64,000 nt of DNA from an uncultured Bacteroides sp. Its GTDB lineage: Bacteria; Bacteroidota; Bacteroidia; Bacteroidales; Bacteroidaceae. This document shows, piece by piece, positions 42,801 through 52,676 of this stretch (positions are counted from its first letter, which is position 1; each line of letters opens with the position of its first letter). The notes under the pieces are model-generated. The model searched no databases. It saw nothing but the letters and a program-made list of their open reading frames with translations, and was not told the origin of the DNA. Location: NCBI RefSeq assembly GCF_900766005.1, contig NZ_CAAFTU010000082.1; one strand, written 5' to 3'. A program made the translations under genes and the position numbers.

Positions 42801-43157
42801 TACTTCATCCAGCAGTTCGGTAGACTCCTTCAAGTTCGCATCCAATACGTAATTCTCTCCCAACTGGAGATTGATGCTCTTGTAAACCACTGATTGATAA
42901 CCTACATAAGAAACTTCTACTTTGTAAGGGCCGCCGGCACGCATGCCCTGGATGGAATAACGGCCGTCCACATTGGTAATGGCCCCATAATGGGTGCCGG
43001 ACGGCTCATGAATAGCCTGAATCGTCGCGCCGATAATGGCTTCATTGCTTTGATCGACCACCTTTCCACTCATTGACGAGGTAGTGACCTGAGCGTTAAC
43101 AGTAGCAGCGATTACCAACATAACCACCGCAAAAAAAGATCGCATTCTTTTTACCAT
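39816..43157 (-). CDS. Oar-like TonB-dependent receptor
   Basis: H.PSGT.YG, GGPY, PISLDALEQI, GFTGGAINAVTKSGTN, SPRIGFNWD. Confidence 0.92.
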   Translation of the reverse strand: MVKRMRSFFAVVMLVIAATVNAQVTTSSMSGKVVDQSNEAIIGATIQAIHEPSGTHYGAITNVDGRYSIQGMRAGGPYKVEVSYVGYQSVVYKSINLQLGENYVLDANLKESTELLDEVVITASKSSNMKSDRAGAVTNVDAARMSEVPTVSRSMNDIMRLTPQGANIGSGFSVGGGNYRQSYVTVDGAAFNNAFGIGSNLPAGGSPISLDALEQISVSTTPFDVRQSGFTGGAINAVTKSGTNEFKGTAYMYTSNTHLTGNKVEDYELTRNRDHSTTYGASLGGAIIKNKLFFFVNGEYQDNVQAGPSGIARSGANDEWSTNGIVHRPFENTTTVGGRTFVGMNNISQYLSEKYNYNPGRYQGYSLETPSYKIMGRLDWNINNNNKINFRFTHTHSKYSSNPSSSTTPFKDSIIYPGGVDGSAGKSSSGRTANTGLYFESSRYMQEQNFTSIASEWNSKWGAINNALRFTYSYQNEPRTYEGGTFPTVDILDQGSLYASFGPDPFTEGNLRQVKTFVITDEFNFSSGIHNFMGGIQFESNKAVNGFMQAGSGYYVYSSWDDFVNNRAPAAFGVTYSNTGDGSQFLANMKYQQLSFYLQDQMNITDNFRLTAGVRFELPIYPELKNNYNKNFAQIDFDGYHYATDQLPSSYQLTASPRIGFNWDLTGERKYVLRGGSGYFIGRLPFVWLVSAVGNANCGQSTYYYNEQKDAKYGQPSFHTSVADMLKDPNLNLPAATDPAAPSGATIIDRDLKMNATWKSSLAFDAKLPGDIDFTLEGIFSKEFNPATVTNLGRKFKGEQEIAPGDVRRMFEYSNANKTDAYYITNAGNSAYYYSLTASLAKTFDFGLHLSASYTRSYAKSYGDGIGDQVNSAYYNNRYSVNGNNDTETGYGTYVSPNRVLASAAYRIKYAKNFASSLSLIYEGMNMGYAGGYSAARYSYTFTGNIVGDYGSNNLLYIPASREALDKWNFADYTDSKTGEVTYSAKEQRDDFWAYINEDSYLKGRKGKYAERGGAIMPWHHQLDLKFNQDFFLNVGGKRNTLQFGVDIKNFLNLLNSDWGIYKTVNNTSLLSYKGGAYQFQKNGGKKLTDTYSNLNSFNSTYSIQFSVRYIFN

Positions 43158-43526
43158 AAACTTTTTATTAATTAATATTATAATTAATGTCTTAAAAGAC
43201 GTTGCAAAGATAGCTAATAGAAACGATATACAAACTACAAATCGGTTACAATTTACAGTGGCAGGTCTATAGAAAGAGAATTTATAGTTTTATGGTGAAC
43301 CACATTCATCCTGCCGGATGACCCCGGGACACGGGCCGACGGGAATTCCATGCGGTGCGCGCATAATAAGATAGGTGTATAATAAAAAGGCTCTTAACCT
43401 CAAAAACGTCTTTATACTGAGGACGTTGCCATACATTTCTGACGAGCCGTTGTGTGTATATGCAAACTTACCCAAGAATACGTTACTGTTCGTACACTTG
43501 GGTAAGATTTTATAGACAGGGCGTCA

Positions 43527-45215
43527 TCAGTCTTCCATCAGCTTGCGGTAGCGCACCCGTTTCGGCTCCTCATTACCCAAACGCTTCATCTTGTTCTCTT
43601 CGTATTCCGAATAGGATCCTTCAAAGAAAAAGACCTCACTGTTTCCTTCGAAAGCCAGGATATGGGTACAGATACGGTCCAAGAACCAACGGTCGTGGCT
43701 GATCACCACCGCACAGCCCGCAAAATCGTCCAGACCTTCTTCCAACGCGCGCAGCGTGTTCACGTCAATATCATTGGTAGGCTCGTCCAGCAGCAGCACG
43801 TTGCCTTCTTCCTTCAGTGCCATAGCCAGATGCAGGCGGTTGCGCTCACCACCCGAAAGCATTCCACAAAGTTTCTCCTGATCGGCTCCCGAAAAATTGA
43901 AACGGCTGAGGTAGGCACGCGCGTTGATATCCCTGTTTCCCAGACGGATCAGTTCGTTTCCACCGCTGATCACCTGATAAACGGACTTGGCAGGGTCGAT
44001 ATCTTTATGTTGCTGGTCCACGTATGCCAGTTTCACGGTCTCCCCTACCTCGAAAGTACCTTTGTCTACGGTTTCCAGTCCCATAATCAAGCGGAACAAG
44101 GTAGTCTTTCCGGCACCGTTAGGACCGATTACACCGACAATGCCGTTAGGGGGCAGCATGAAATTCAGGTTATCGAACAACAGCTTGTCACCATAAGCTT
44201 TCGCCACTCCTTTGGCCTCGATCACCTTGTTTCCCAAACGGGGACCGTTCGGGATGAAGATTTCCAGTTTCTCTTCCTTTTCTTTCACATCCTCATTCAA
44301 CAATTTGTCGTAAGAGTTCAGACGGGCCTTTCCTTTTGCCTGACGGGCTTTGGGAGCCATGCGCACCCAATCCAGCTCGCGTTCCAAGGTCTTGCGGCGT
44401 TTGCTTGCCACTTTCTCTTCCATCTCCATGCGTTTGGTCTTCTGTTCCAGCCAGCTGGAGTAATTTCCTTTCCAGGGAATTCCTTCGCCACGGTCCAGTT
44501 CCAGAATCCATCCGGCTACATGGTCCAGGAAGTAACGGTCGTGGGTTACGGCAATCACCGTACCTTCATATTGCTGCAAATGCTGTTCCAGCCAGTCGAT
44601 ACTTTCCGCATCCAAATGGTTGGTAGGCTCGTCCAGCAACAGGATATCCGGCTTCTGCAACAGCAGGCGGCACAATGCCACACGGCGGCGCTCACCTCCC
44701 GAGAGATTCTTCACCGGCTGGTCTTCGGGCGGACAGCGCAACGCATCCATGGCGCGTTCCAGCTTGCTGTCCAGATTCCATGCGTCCGTAGCGTCAATGA
44801 TGTCCTGCAACTCTGCCTGACGGGCAAAGAGCGCATCCATCTTTTCAGAATCCTCATAGTATTCGGGAAGCCCGAACTTATTGTTTATTTCTTCGTATTC
44901 CGCCAGTGTGTCCACGATGCTCTGCACTCCTTCCATCACCACCTCTTTCACTGTCTTTTCATCATCCAGATGCGGTTCCTGTGCCAGATAGCCTACAGAG
45001 TAGCCCGGCGAGAACACCACTTCTCCCTGATAACTTTTCTCCAGTCCGGCAATGATTTTCATCAGTGTTGATTTACCCGAACCGTTCAGACCGATGATAC
45101 CGATCTTAGCACCGTAAAAAAAGGATAGGTAGATGTCCTTCAATACCTGTTTGTTCGCCTGGAAGGCTTTGCTTACGCCCACCATCGAAAAGATAATCTT
45201 TTTGTCGTCTGCCAT
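43527..45215 (-). CDS. ettA: Energy-dependent translational throttle protein (ABC-F)
   Basis: Two ABC domains; LSFFYGAKIG, PWKGNYSSWLEQK, PKARQAKGKAR. Confidence 0.96.
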   Translation of the reverse strand: MADDKKIIFSMVGVSKAFQANKQVLKDIYLSFFYGAKIGIIGLNGSGKSTLMKIIAGLEKSYQGEVVFSPGYSVGYLAQEPHLDDEKTVKEVVMEGVQSIVDTLAEYEEINNKFGLPEYYEDSEKMDALFARQAELQDIIDATDAWNLDSKLERAMDALRCPPEDQPVKNLSGGERRRVALCRLLLQKPDILLLDEPTNHLDAESIDWLEQHLQQYEGTVIAVTHDRYFLDHVAGWILELDRGEGIPWKGNYSSWLEQKTKRMEMEEKVASKRRKTLERELDWVRMAPKARQAKGKARLNSYDKLLNEDVKEKEEKLEIFIPNGPRLGNKVIEAKGVAKAYGDKLLFDNLNFMLPPNGIVGVIGPNGAGKTTLFRLIMGLETVDKGTFEVGETVKLAYVDQQHKDIDPAKSVYQVISGGNELIRLGNRDINARAYLSRFNFSGADQEKLCGMLSGGERNRLHLAMALKEEGNVLLLDEPTNDIDVNTLRALEEGLDDFAGCAVVISHDRWFLDRICTHILAFEGNSEVFFFEGSYSEYEENKMKRLGNEEPKRVRYRKLMED

Positions 45216-45252
45216 ATTCTTTATATTATTAATTTATGTAAGTTGCCATATT

Positions 45253-46419
45253 TCACTGTTTTTCCTCCATCTTTCTGTAATACCACGGATGTGTGAAGAA
45301 CTCATACATCAGCAGCAGAACGACACAGATACCGATACATATCCAATAAATGGTATCGGGATGACCCTCAGTCCACATATTCTCAAACAGGAAACCAATC
45401 AGTACTCCTGCCTCCCACATCAGCTGATAGGTATTGTTTCCCGTTCCCCGCTCGCAATGCCTCGGCAGGCTGATCATTTTTATAAAGAAACGTGACACAG
45501 TGGTTCCGGTTCCCATCCCCAACAAAATACCAGCTATATAACTGTTCATCAAGCTATTGGAAAAAGCGAGCAATAACAATCCTCCTATCATTGCCGCCTG
45601 CCCCAGCTCTACCTCCGAACGACCGGAAGCATGAGAAAGCACGTAACGCAAAAGCAGCAAAGACAGGACAAAGCCTATCAGGATACAAACAAAAAACAAT
45701 TCATTGTAAATATGTGCCACCAATATCCCAAAGATAATGGCCACCATCATCATATTCATCCCCGGCCACAAAGTGCGCGGCAGCAAAAAACGGTCCAGCG
45801 AGAACCATGAAGTGCTGAGCGGAGCACGGAAAGGAACTTTCACCGCCGGAATCAGCACCAGCGCCAACGCTCCTAGAGCCATACTGGTATAAATGATATG
45901 GTGAAAATTCCAATAAGGATAAATATAGATCCCCAAGGCAAGACCCACCACCATTCCAAAACGACCCGCCCAGGCAAAAGCGATATTGGCATCCGTGCGG
46001 CGGCGGGAAGCAGTGACATCAATCACCAGTGTACTGCCCGTAGTCATGGTAATGACGCTGAACAGCCCTCCCTGGACAGCCCTGACCAAAGCTACGAACC
46101 CTACGGTCGCAACGTACGGATATAGCAGACTGGATGCCACAAACAGAAATATCGCTATAAAGCACACACTTTTACGTTTGAACGTATCAATAAGGTAGCT
46201 GTTGAATGTTCCCGGAAGGAACATGGCCAGCCCGAAAACAGCAATGGCTGCTCCTGCTTCCGCATAACTGCAATACCAGTGCCGCACCATCCATAAAGGC
46301 AGCACAGGAAGCATCATGTATAGTGATGCATAAAGCAAAAAATTGGAAAGGGATAACAAAAACATATTCCCAGTCCACAGTTTTGCCTTTTCATACGGAA
46401 AGAAGAAGTCATCATACAT
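45253..46419 (-). CDS. MFS transporter
   Basis: ~12 TM segments; YLIDTFKRK motif-A-like. Confidence 0.85.
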   Translation of the reverse strand: MYDDFFFPYEKAKLWTGNMFLLSLSNFLLYASLYMMLPVLPLWMVRHWYCSYAEAGAAIAVFGLAMFLPGTFNSYLIDTFKRKSVCFIAIFLFVASSLLYPYVATVGFVALVRAVQGGLFSVITMTTGSTLVIDVTASRRRTDANIAFAWAGRFGMVVGLALGIYIYPYWNFHHIIYTSMALGALALVLIPAVKVPFRAPLSTSWFSLDRFLLPRTLWPGMNMMMVAIIFGILVAHIYNELFFVCILIGFVLSLLLLRYVLSHASGRSEVELGQAAMIGGLLLLAFSNSLMNSYIAGILLGMGTGTTVSRFFIKMISLPRHCERGTGNNTYQLMWEAGVLIGFLFENMWTEGHPDTIYWICIGICVVLLLMYEFFTHPWYYRKMEEKQ

Positions 46420-46433
46420 ATCAGCAAAAACTT

Positions 46434-47255
46434 TTAATATTGTTCGTCTTCGTTAGGGAAATCCCCTTTTTTCACATCATCCACATACTGCTGTATGGCT
46501 CCCGTCATAACTGTATGCAGATCGGCATAACGACGGAGGAAACGAGGACTGAAACCGTTGGTCATCCCCAGCATGTCCGATACTACCAGCACCTGCCCGT
46601 CTACCGCGCCACCGGCTCCGATACCGATAACGGGAATAGTCAGTTCCCTAGCCACACGCTCTGCCAGTGACGCAGGGATTTTCTCAAGTACCAGCGCAAA
46701 ACACCCTGTCTCTTCCAGCAGATGTGCATCGCTCAACAACTTCTCGGCCTCTTCCTCGTCCTTGGCACGTACAGTATAGGTTCCATATTTATTGATAGAT
46801 TGCGGCATTAACCCCAAATGTCCCATGATGGGAATGCCGGCAGCAATGATTTTCTTTACCGCATCAATGATCTCCACGCCCCCTTCCAGTTTCAAAGCAT
46901 CGGCGTGCGTAATCTTCATTACTTTGATCGCATTGGTCACCGCTTCGTATTCGGAAGTCTGGTAAGTGCCAAAAGGCAGATCCACCACAACAAGCGCGCG
47001 TTTCACCCCACGGACCACAGACTTTCCATGATAAATCATCTGATCAAGGGTGATAGGAAGTGTGGTCACATTTCCTGCCATGACATTCGAAGCGGAGTCG
47101 CCTACCAATATAACATCGATGCCTGCGCCATCTACAATCTGCGCTGTCGTGTAATCATAGGAGGTAAGCATAGAAATTTTCTCGCCTCTCTGCTTCATTT
47201 CCACCAAACGGTGGGTAGTTACTTTGCGTGTATCACCTGAAATATATCCTGCCAT
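46434..47255 (-). CDS. panB: 3-methyl-2-oxobutanoate hydroxymethyltransferase
   Basis: MLTSYD, ILVGDS, DLPFG, KLEGG, GHLGL.PQ. Confidence 0.97.
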   Translation of the reverse strand: MAGYISGDTRKVTTHRLVEMKQRGEKISMLTSYDYTTAQIVDGAGIDVILVGDSASNVMAGNVTTLPITLDQMIYHGKSVVRGVKRALVVVDLPFGTYQTSEYEAVTNAIKVMKITHADALKLEGGVEIIDAVKKIIAAGIPIMGHLGLMPQSINKYGTYTVRAKDEEEAEKLLSDAHLLEETGCFALVLEKIPASLAERVARELTIPVIGIGAGGAVDGQVLVVSDMLGMTNGFSPRFLRRYADLHTVMTGAIQQYVDDVKKGDFPNEDEQY

Positions 47256-47307
47256 ATTTACTTTAATTTATAAAAAACGGCTGCAAAGGTAGATGTTTTA
47301 GTTGACA

Positions 47308-47958
47308 TTACCTCATCATATTCTTCATTTTTTCGAAACTGAATCCATTAAAGTCCTGAATAACAGCATTTGCCTTGTCGCGTATTTGCTCTTCAGAATT
47401 GGTGGTAGCCAGTCCTATCACAGTCATTCCGGCACGATTCCCCGCCTCAAGGCCATGAAACGAGTCCTCGAAAACCACACAGTTCTCCGGCACGGTGTCA
47501 AAAACTGTCGCACCTAACAGAAAGCATTCGGGGTCAGGCTTGGAATGAGTAAACATTTCAGCAGTGAGGATACGGTCCACACTTTGCTTCAATTCCGGGT
47601 GTGCTTTATATACGTTGCTCATCTTCATCTCATTTGAACTTGTGACTATAGCTATCTTTACCCCGTTTTCCCTCAATTCTTTCAGGAAAGCCTCTACGCC
47701 CGGGATATAATTATATAACATATTTTTTTCAAATTTGTTCAAATCTTCTGTAATTTCATGCTGCACCTCTTCCATTCCGGCAAAATAGTTGGCATAAATC
47801 TGTGTCAAGGTCTGTCCTTTTATCAACCGGCCGAATTCGGGAAGCTCCGGATGGTATTTCCGTCCTTGTTCATTCCAGAAGATACTATACTGAGTCTCAG
47901 TGTCCATTACCACTCCGTCAAAATCGAATAAAGCTGCTATGCTTTTTGTTGAATTCAT
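47308..47958 (-). CDS. HAD family phosphatase
   Basis: FDFDGV, KPDP, FEDS. Confidence 0.9.
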   Translation of the reverse strand: MNSTKSIAALFDFDGVVMDTETQYSIFWNEQGRKYHPELPEFGRLIKGQTLTQIYANYFAGMEEVQHEITEDLNKFEKNMLYNYIPGVEAFLKELRENGVKIAIVTSSNEMKMSNVYKAHPELKQSVDRILTAEMFTHSKPDPECFLLGATVFDTVPENCVVFEDSFHGLEAGNRAGMTVIGLATTNSEEQIRDKANAVIQDFNGFSFEKMKNMMR

Positions 47959-48047
47959 ATTACTTTTAGTTTGATTTAACGCCACAAAGGTCCGAATAAT
48001 CCTCCATATTCCTAACTTTGCAAAGCTTAAAAATAACAAAAACGCGA

Positions 48048-49400
48048 ATGAAAGAAAACAACCCGCACATACTGGGTACAGAAAAGGTCGGAAAGCTGCT
48101 TTTAGAGTACTCTATCCCTGCCATCATAGGGATGACACTGACATCACTGTACAACATTATTGATAGTGTATTTATCGGTCATGGTGTCGGCGCCATGGCC
48201 ATATCGGGCTTGGCTATTTCTTTTCCGCTGATGAATCTGCTGGTGGCATTCTGTACACTGGTCGGGGTGGGTGGCGCTACCATTTCTTCTATCCGCCTGG
48301 GGCAGAAGGATACGGACGGTGCCGAGAAGGTGCTGGGAAACGTAACGGTGCTCTGTGTGATAAATTCTATTTTCTACGGAGGCATCACCCTGCTGTTTCT
48401 GGACCGGATTCTGTTCTTCTTCGGGGCAAGCCATGACACGTTGCCATACGCCCGCGACTTTATGCAGATTATATTAATAGGAAGTCCTGTCACCTATGTA
48501 ATGATCGGACTGAATAATATCATGCGTGCCACCGGTTATCCCCGAAAGGCGATGCTGTCCTCCATGCTGACAGTGGGATGCAACATTATTCTGGCTCCTG
48601 TCTTTATTTTCTGGCTCGGTTGGGGAATCCGCGGAGCAGCCACGGCAACCATCCTTTCACAGTTTGCCGGCATGATATGGGTGCTGAGCCATTTCATGCA
48701 GGAAAAAAGTTATATCCGCTTCAAGAAAGGGATATTCAAATTAAGGAAACGGATCGTAGAGAATATCTTCAGTATCGGTATGTCGCCGTTCCTGATGAAT
48801 GTCTGCGCTTCGGCCATTGTCATTATATTCAACAAGAGCCTGCTGCTCTACGGGGGCGATCTGGCTATCGGCGCATACGGCATATTAAACCGTCTGCTGA
48901 TGCTGTTTGTAATGGTTATCATGGGGCTGACTATGGGAATGCAACCGATTGTGGGCTATAATCATGGCGCACACAAATTCGGCCGGGTGAAGCAGACTTT
49001 GAAATATTGCATGATTGCAGGGGGGTGCATCACTTCGTTGGGATTTGCTTTCAGCGAACTTTTCCCTAATTTGGTTGTTAATATGTTTACAGACGATAAA
49101 GAACTTACAGCATTGGCACGCACCGGGTTACAAATCGGAGTACTGATGTTTCCTTTCGTGGGAATACAAATTGTAATTTCCAGTTTCTTCCAATCTATCG
49201 GGAAAGCGAAAATTTCTATCTTCCTCTCCTTGTCCCGCCAACTGTTGTATTTATTACCCTGCCTGCTGTTACTACCTCATTGGTGGGGACTGAACGGTAT
49301 CTGGCTCAGTATGCCTGTATCCGATCTGTTAGCGTTTATCACAGCCTGCCTGATGCTGGCACATCATATTAAAAAATTAAACAAGATCACAGAAGTATGA
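48048..49400 (+). CDS. MATE family efflux transporter
   Basis: YNIIDSVFIG, RATG, QPIVGYNHGA. Confidence 0.92.
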   Translation: MKENNPHILGTEKVGKLLLEYSIPAIIGMTLTSLYNIIDSVFIGHGVGAMAISGLAISFPLMNLLVAFCTLVGVGGATISSIRLGQKDTDGAEKVLGNVTVLCVINSIFYGGITLLFLDRILFFFGASHDTLPYARDFMQIILIGSPVTYVMIGLNNIMRATGYPRKAMLSSMLTVGCNIILAPVFIFWLGWGIRGAATATILSQFAGMIWVLSHFMQEKSYIRFKKGIFKLRKRIVENIFSIGMSPFLMNVCASAIVIIFNKSLLLYGGDLAIGAYGILNRLLMLFVMVIMGLTMGMQPIVGYNHGAHKFGRVKQTLKYCMIAGGCITSLGFAFSELFPNLVVNMFTDDKELTALARTGLQIGVLMFPFVGIQIVISSFFQSIGKAKISIFLSLSRQLLYLLPCLLLLPHWWGLNGIWLSMPVSDLLAFITACLMLAHHIKKLNKITEV

Positions 49401-50845
49401 TATTTAATGCAGAAAACATTCTCTTGATAGGTTCCATCCTATTGTTCGTAAGTATTGTAGTGAGTAAGACCGGATACCGGTTCGGAATCCCTACGTTACT
49501 TGTTTTTTTATTGGTCGGCATGCTGTTCGGAAGCGATGGTCTGGGACTCCAGTTCCATGATGCGGGCGAAGCCCAGTTCATCGGCATGATGGCCCTTAGC
49601 ATCATTCTGTTCTCAGGGGGTATGGATACCAAATACTCGGATATCAAGCCTGTATTGCCACAAGGCATACTGCTTTCCACCTTCGGTGTGTTGCTTACTA
49701 CTATTTTCACCGGATTCTTTATTTATTGGATTTCCGGATTCTCGAATGTCAGCATTACCATGTCCCTGATGACGGCCATGCTGCTGGCGGCTACCATGTC
49801 CTCTACGGACTCTGCTTCCGTGTTCAACATCCTGCGCTCGCAAAGCATGAATCTGAAACATAACCTCCGACCGATGCTGGAACTGGAAAGCGGAAGTAAT
49901 GACCCTATGGCGTATATGCTTACTATCGTCCTGATACAGTTCATCACGTCGGCAGGCATGGGGGCAGACGATATTCTGATTTCATTCCTGATTCAGTTTG
50001 CTGTGGGTGGCACATCAGGATTCCTGCTGGGAAAACTGGCGGTAGCAATCATCAACAAGATTGACTTGAAGAACCAGTCACTCTATCCTATCTTGCTGCT
50101 GAGCTTTATTTTCTTCACATTCACCATGACCGACCTGTGTAAAGGAAACGGCTATCTGGCTGTCTATATAGCAGGGATGATGGTGGGTAACGCACGCATT
50201 GTAAACCGTAAGGAGATCGCTACTTTTATGAGCGGCATGACCTGGCTCTTCCAAATTATCATGTTCCTGAGCCTGGGATTGCTGGTGAATCCCCATGAAA
50301 TGTTGTCCATCGCCATACCGGCAACCTTGATCGGCATTTTCATGATTGTCCTCGCCCGCCCGCTCAGTGTCCTGCTCTGCCTCCTTCCCTTTAAAAAGAT
50401 GAACATCAACTCACGGCTGTTTATTTCCTGGGTGGGATTGCGCGGAGCAGTACCTATCATATTCGCCACTTATCCAGTAGTAGCTGATGTGCCGGGATCT
50501 ACTCAGATTTTCAATATCGTATTCTTCATTACCATATTGTCTTTAGTGGTTCAGGGAACGACCATTTCATGGATGGCCAAATTACTCCATCTGGATACCC
50601 CACTGGAAAAAACAGGAAATGATTTCGGAGTAGAGATACCGGAGGAAATCAATACAGACCTCCGCGATATCGTACTGACGGAAGAAATGCTGGCAAAAGG
50701 AAACAGACTAATGGATATGAACCTACCTAAAGGTATGCTGGTGATGCTGATAAAAAGAGGAAACGAGTTCATGATTCCCAATGGCTCTCTGCAACTGCAC
50801 GCCGGTGACAAGCTGCTGATTATCTCGGAAAGCAAAACGAAATAA
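49397..50845 (+). CDS. K+/H+ antiporter (CvrA/NhaP2) with TrkA-C domain
   Basis: SSTDSASVF, ESGSNDP, GLRGAVPI. Confidence 0.92.
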   Translation: MIFNAENILLIGSILLFVSIVVSKTGYRFGIPTLLVFLLVGMLFGSDGLGLQFHDAGEAQFIGMMALSIILFSGGMDTKYSDIKPVLPQGILLSTFGVLLTTIFTGFFIYWISGFSNVSITMSLMTAMLLAATMSSTDSASVFNILRSQSMNLKHNLRPMLELESGSNDPMAYMLTIVLIQFITSAGMGADDILISFLIQFAVGGTSGFLLGKLAVAIINKIDLKNQSLYPILLLSFIFFTFTMTDLCKGNGYLAVYIAGMMVGNARIVNRKEIATFMSGMTWLFQIIMFLSLGLLVNPHEMLSIAIPATLIGIFMIVLARPLSVLLCLLPFKKMNINSRLFISWVGLRGAVPIIFATYPVVADVPGSTQIFNIVFFITILSLVVQGTTISWMAKLLHLDTPLEKTGNDFGVEIPEEINTDLRDIVLTEEMLAKGNRLMDMNLPKGMLVMLIKRGNEFMIPNGSLQLHAGDKLLIISESKTK

Positions 50846-50847
50846 AA

Positions 50848-50911
50848 AATTTGCCCATGTGCCCACGTGCTGCGCTATGGTCCCGCATGGCAATTGGCAC
50901 ATGGGCAAATT
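50848..50911. repeat. REP-like palindromic element between convergent genes
   Basis: AATTTGCCCATGTGCC...GGCACATGGGCAAATT arms. Confidence 0.8.
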
Positions 50912-50921
50912 CGCACATTAT

Positions 50922-52175
50922 TCAACTGAGCAACAGCATGATATTCAATGCGGAGACAATCACCGCAATGGTATAAAGCACGAATGAACTCCACCGGGAG
51001 TTGGCATATTTGCCCATCACCCGTTTGGAAGAGGTCAGTCCTACTTGCAGGAACACCGTGAAAGGCAGCTGGATACTCAGAATCATCTGAGAAATGATAA
51101 GTCCGTAAAAGGGATTCTCAATAAAGAAGATAAGAACCAATGCTATCCCCAAAGAAATCAAAATACCGACCTTAGAGTGGATATCCTTGATATGATAAGA
51201 CTCACCGAAAATACCCGCAAAGATAGAACCTGCCGCCATACCACTGGTTATGGTGGAGGAAATCCCCGCCATCAGCAATGCCAGGGCAAAGATGATTCCG
51301 GCATGGCTGCCCAGCAACGGGTCAAGCAACGACTTCGCCTGCTGCAACTCTTCCACCGGAGTCCGGGTACGGAAGAAAGTAGCGGCTGCCAGTAAGATCA
51401 TGGCACTATTGATGGCCCATCCTACAATCATGGAGAACAAAGTATCATAGAATTCATATTTCAATACTTTACGAATGGAGCTCTCGTCCTGCTTGTTGTA
51501 CTCGTGGCTCTGTATCACCTCTGAATGCAAGAAAAGGTTATGCGGCATAACCACTGCCCCAAGTACGCTCATGATAATCAGCATACTGCCCTGGGGTATC
51601 TCAGGAACCACCCAGGAACGGATCGCCACAGGCCAGTCAATATCTACCAAAAACAACTCATACAGAAACGAAAGGCCGATTACGGATACAAAAGCAATGA
51701 TGGCTCTTTCTATCTTTTTATATGAATTGGAAAAAAGCATAATGACGACAAACATCGTAGTAAGGACAGATCCCCAGGCAATGGGAATTTCCAAAAGCAT
51801 CTGCAAGGCAATGGCTCCTCCCAGTATCTCCGCCAGCGAAGTGGATATGGAGGCCAGCACCGCGCTGCCCAAAATGGGACGGGATATCCACTTGGGACAA
51901 TACTGCGTGGCTGCTTCACTCAGGCACAATCCCGTCACAATGCCCAGGTGGGCCACATTGTGCTGCAACACAATCAACATAATGGTAGACAAGGTCACCA
52001 CCCACAACAACGCGTAACCAAATTCGGAACCGGCCGCAAAATTCGAGGCCCAGTTTCCCGGATCAATAAAACCTACAGTAACCAGTAATCCGGGACCAAT
52101 ATATTTAAAGAAATCAAGACCACCCAGATAACGCTTGTGGTCTGTACGTTTTAATTCATCTATAATGCGAGACAT
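50922..52175 (-). CDS. mntH: NRAMP divalent metal (Mn) transporter
   Basis: DPGNW, MPHNLFLHS. Confidence 0.95.
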   Translation of the reverse strand: MSRIIDELKRTDHKRYLGGLDFFKYIGPGLLVTVGFIDPGNWASNFAAGSEFGYALLWVVTLSTIMLIVLQHNVAHLGIVTGLCLSEAATQYCPKWISRPILGSAVLASISTSLAEILGGAIALQMLLEIPIAWGSVLTTMFVVIMLFSNSYKKIERAIIAFVSVIGLSFLYELFLVDIDWPVAIRSWVVPEIPQGSMLIIMSVLGAVVMPHNLFLHSEVIQSHEYNKQDESSIRKVLKYEFYDTLFSMIVGWAINSAMILLAAATFFRTRTPVEELQQAKSLLDPLLGSHAGIIFALALLMAGISSTITSGMAAGSIFAGIFGESYHIKDIHSKVGILISLGIALVLIFFIENPFYGLIISQMILSIQLPFTVFLQVGLTSSKRVMGKYANSRWSSFVLYTIAVIVSALNIMLLLS

Positions 52176-52277
52176 GTTTTACTTTTTTTGTTTGCACAAA
52201 CTTACTAATAAAAAACAAAAATCCATTTGCTTTGTTCAAACTTATAGTTTACTTTCGCTTCAAAATACCGATTTATA

Positions 52278-52676
52278 ATGAAAAGAGAAACAGTTATAAT
52301 AGCGGCCCTAGGCATCCTTACTTTGGCAGGATGTAATAATAACCACCGTTCACAAGTCCGTAAATTCAAACAGACAGCCGAAAAGACCAACCGGTCCTGC
52401 CCCACACGCATGAACGAAACGATTACACTGGACAGCACCTGTTATAATGAGAAAGATAATAGTGTGAGCTATTTCTACAGTGTTACAGGAGAACTGGACA
52501 ACGCCACTTATATGAACACCCATTATGCCGCCTTTAAACAAGCCCTGCAGGATGCAGTAGACAACTCGGTGGAAATGGAGGAATACCGGAAATTCGGTAC
52601 TTCCATCCGCTATATCTATTATTCGGGATCAAGTAAAAGGCAACTGGCTGCATTCTCCTTCAATTCCCCCAAATAG
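52278..52676 (+). CDS. Hypothetical lipoprotein
   Basis: Lipobox LAGC; N.SCP..M...ITLDS. Confidence 0.75.
   Translation: MKRETVIIAALGILTLAGCNNNHRSQVRKFKQTAEKTNRSCPTRMNETITLDSTCYNEKDNSVSYFYSVTGELDNATYMNTHYAAFKQALQDAVDNSVEMEEYRKFGTSIRYIYYSGSSKRQLAAFSFNSPK

Noticed and set aside
43662..45071. 469-aa plus-strand ORF
   Set aside because: Antisense shadow of ettA with no recognisable domain
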